DNA of 32,000 nt, from contig NZ_CP019384.1 in assembly GCF_004102945.1 (NCBI RefSeq), positions 1,830,001 to 1,862,000 of the forward strand, in the 5' to 3' direction. Below the pieces are notes generated by a model, which did not search any database, had not been told where the DNA came from, and was given only the letters and a program-made list of their open reading frames with translations. Each line of letters starts with the position of its first letter. The first letter of the stretch is position 1. The position numbers and the translations under genes were made by a program. Of this stretch, positions 31,243-32,000 are shown in pieces. The DNA comes from Candidatus Velamenicoccus archaeovorus (GTDB lineage: Bacteria; Omnitrophota; Gorgyraeia; Velamenicoccales; Velamenicoccaceae).

Positions 31243-31624
31243 TAATCCTCCAGTCCAGCTTGCTTAAGCCCGGCTCGATCTCCTCGATATCCAGCCCAAG
31301 CCTGTCTTTGAAGACCGTGCGATGCGTATCATTAAGCGCAACTACATGCGAGGCATAAATCTTGTCCCTGTGCTTCCCAGCCAGAAACAAAACAAACGCC
31401 GAAATATTGCCCTTGTCGCCCTCGACTCCCAGCTCCTGATAAACCTCGCATAGCGCATCTATGAGCGCTTGAACGCTCATGAACCGCTTATGCGTGAAAC
31501 ATTGAACGGTCAATTCATCGAGATTATTCCTGCACCAGTTAACCAGCTCGCTGACGGCGTTCTCGCCTTCCAGCCGCGCGATCCTGAACGATACTTCCTG
31601 TGCCTTTACCTGATCCTGAAACAT
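31229..31624 (-). CDS. Hypothetical 131-aa protein between the Cys-rich gene and the rSAM genes
   Basis: The ORF-track ORF (31229..31747) was trimmed to ATG 31624 (MFQDQVKAQEVSFRIARLEG...), which has GAGGA upstream and lies 4 nt after the stop of the Cys-rich ORF. No family recognised. Confidence 0.6.
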   Translation of the reverse strand: MFQDQVKAQEVSFRIARLEGENAVSELVNWCRNNLDELTVQCFTHKRFMSVQALIDALCEVYQELGVEGDKGNISAFVLFLAGKHRDKIYASHVVALNDTHRTVFKDRLGLDIEEIEPGLSKLDWRINAGI

Positions 31625-31628
31625 TTCC

Positions 31629-32000
31629 TCACCATGAATAAGGGTTACATTTACAATTCCACGCGCTATGGTTATGCCCGCCCGAATACTCGCACGTCCC
31701 CCAGTTCGATCCCGGCGGCGTATATACACACCAGTCCCACGGCACATAGCCGTCCCAAGCCACTGTCGACAACGGATTGCCGGATGCCGACTTGTACGGA
31801 TGCTCTGTTACCGAAGGCAAGTTGATGCTGGCGCAAATCCAGTAATGATTGATCGAGTGGTGGCATTCCGAATATTTATGGTCATCGCACGCCACGCCCG
31901 CGTGAGAACAGGTCGTATAGTGATATCCGCAGTCCGCGCAATACTGGCACTGCTCAGTTTCACAGATACAGCCGGTCATGAGCGCCTGAACTTTCTGCAT
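31629..32000 (-). CDS. Cys/Trp/His/Tyr-rich protein or peptide (candidate rSAM substrate); N-terminus at or beyond the window edge
   Basis: 123 aa are visible. My count gives 13 Cys, 7 Trp, 9 His and 10 Tyr. It ends ...GGHNHSAWNCKCNPYSW and lies directly upstream of the rSAM genes on the same strand. The first in-frame codon at the window edge is ATG, but the true start cannot be verified. Confidence 0.65.
   Translation of the reverse strand: MQKVQALMTGCICETEQCQYCADCGYHYTTCSHAGVACDDHKYSECHHSINHYWICASINLPSVTEHPYKSASGNPLSTVAWDGYVPWDWCVYTPPGSNWGTCEYSGGHNHSAWNCKCNPYSW

Noticed and set aside
25685-32000. Calling the right-hand GC-rich block a prophage
   Set aside because: No capsid, portal, terminase, tail-tube or integrase gene is visible. 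DUF1566 and small TM proteins are only suggestive. This is kept as a hypothesis in the findings, not as a feature.

Overview
This is a 32-kb bacterial window, coded almost entirely on the minus strand, with three compositional blocks. All family calls come from motif recognition by eye; no HMM or BLAST search was run.

**Block A (1-7.6 kb, GC-rich, host-like).**
- A GldA/GldF/GldG-like ABC transporter operon, including a DUF4340-like gene cut by the left edge.
- A GT2 glycosyltransferase.
- An anaerobe-type redox operon: DUF134 regulator, rubrerythrin, NifB/NifX-like protein, 4Fe-4S ferredoxin, DsrE-like protein and TsaA/TrmO.

**Non-coding stretch (7.67-8.07 kb).** It is highly structured. 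A ~190-nt GC-rich RNA-like fold sits between two minus-strand intrinsic terminators, followed by nested, mutually exclusive hairpins built from a repeated 15-mer.

**Block B (about 8.05-25.6 kb, clearly AT-richer).**
- A defence island at 8.1-17.4 kb. It holds a stand-alone SIR2-like gene and a tightly packed seven-gene string: RHH, nuclease-like/HEAT-repeat fusion, SPPF beta-class DNA methyltransferase, SIR2, HerA, KTSC, and a PD-(D/E)xK protein.
- After a 249-aa putative wHTH protein: a patatin lipoprotein, MarR, HD-GYP, and a TolC/adaptor/RND efflux operon. A TetR regulator and two duplicated promoter-operator modules go with the efflux operon.

**Block C (25.7-32 kb, GC-rich again).** One co-directional gene string contains:
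- a Cys/Trp/His/Tyr-rich protein at the window edge
- a 131-aa unknown
- three tandem radical SAM/SPASM enzymes
- a 96-aa unknown
- a DUF1566 protein
- a run of small, overlapping membrane or coiled-coil genes, two of them below the ORF-track cutoff

**Best candidates for something undescribed.**
1. The expanded SIR2-HerA operon with KTSC, a second nuclease, an MTase and a HEAT-repeat fusion.
2. The triple rSAM/SPASM cluster with its Cys/aromatic-rich putative substrate.
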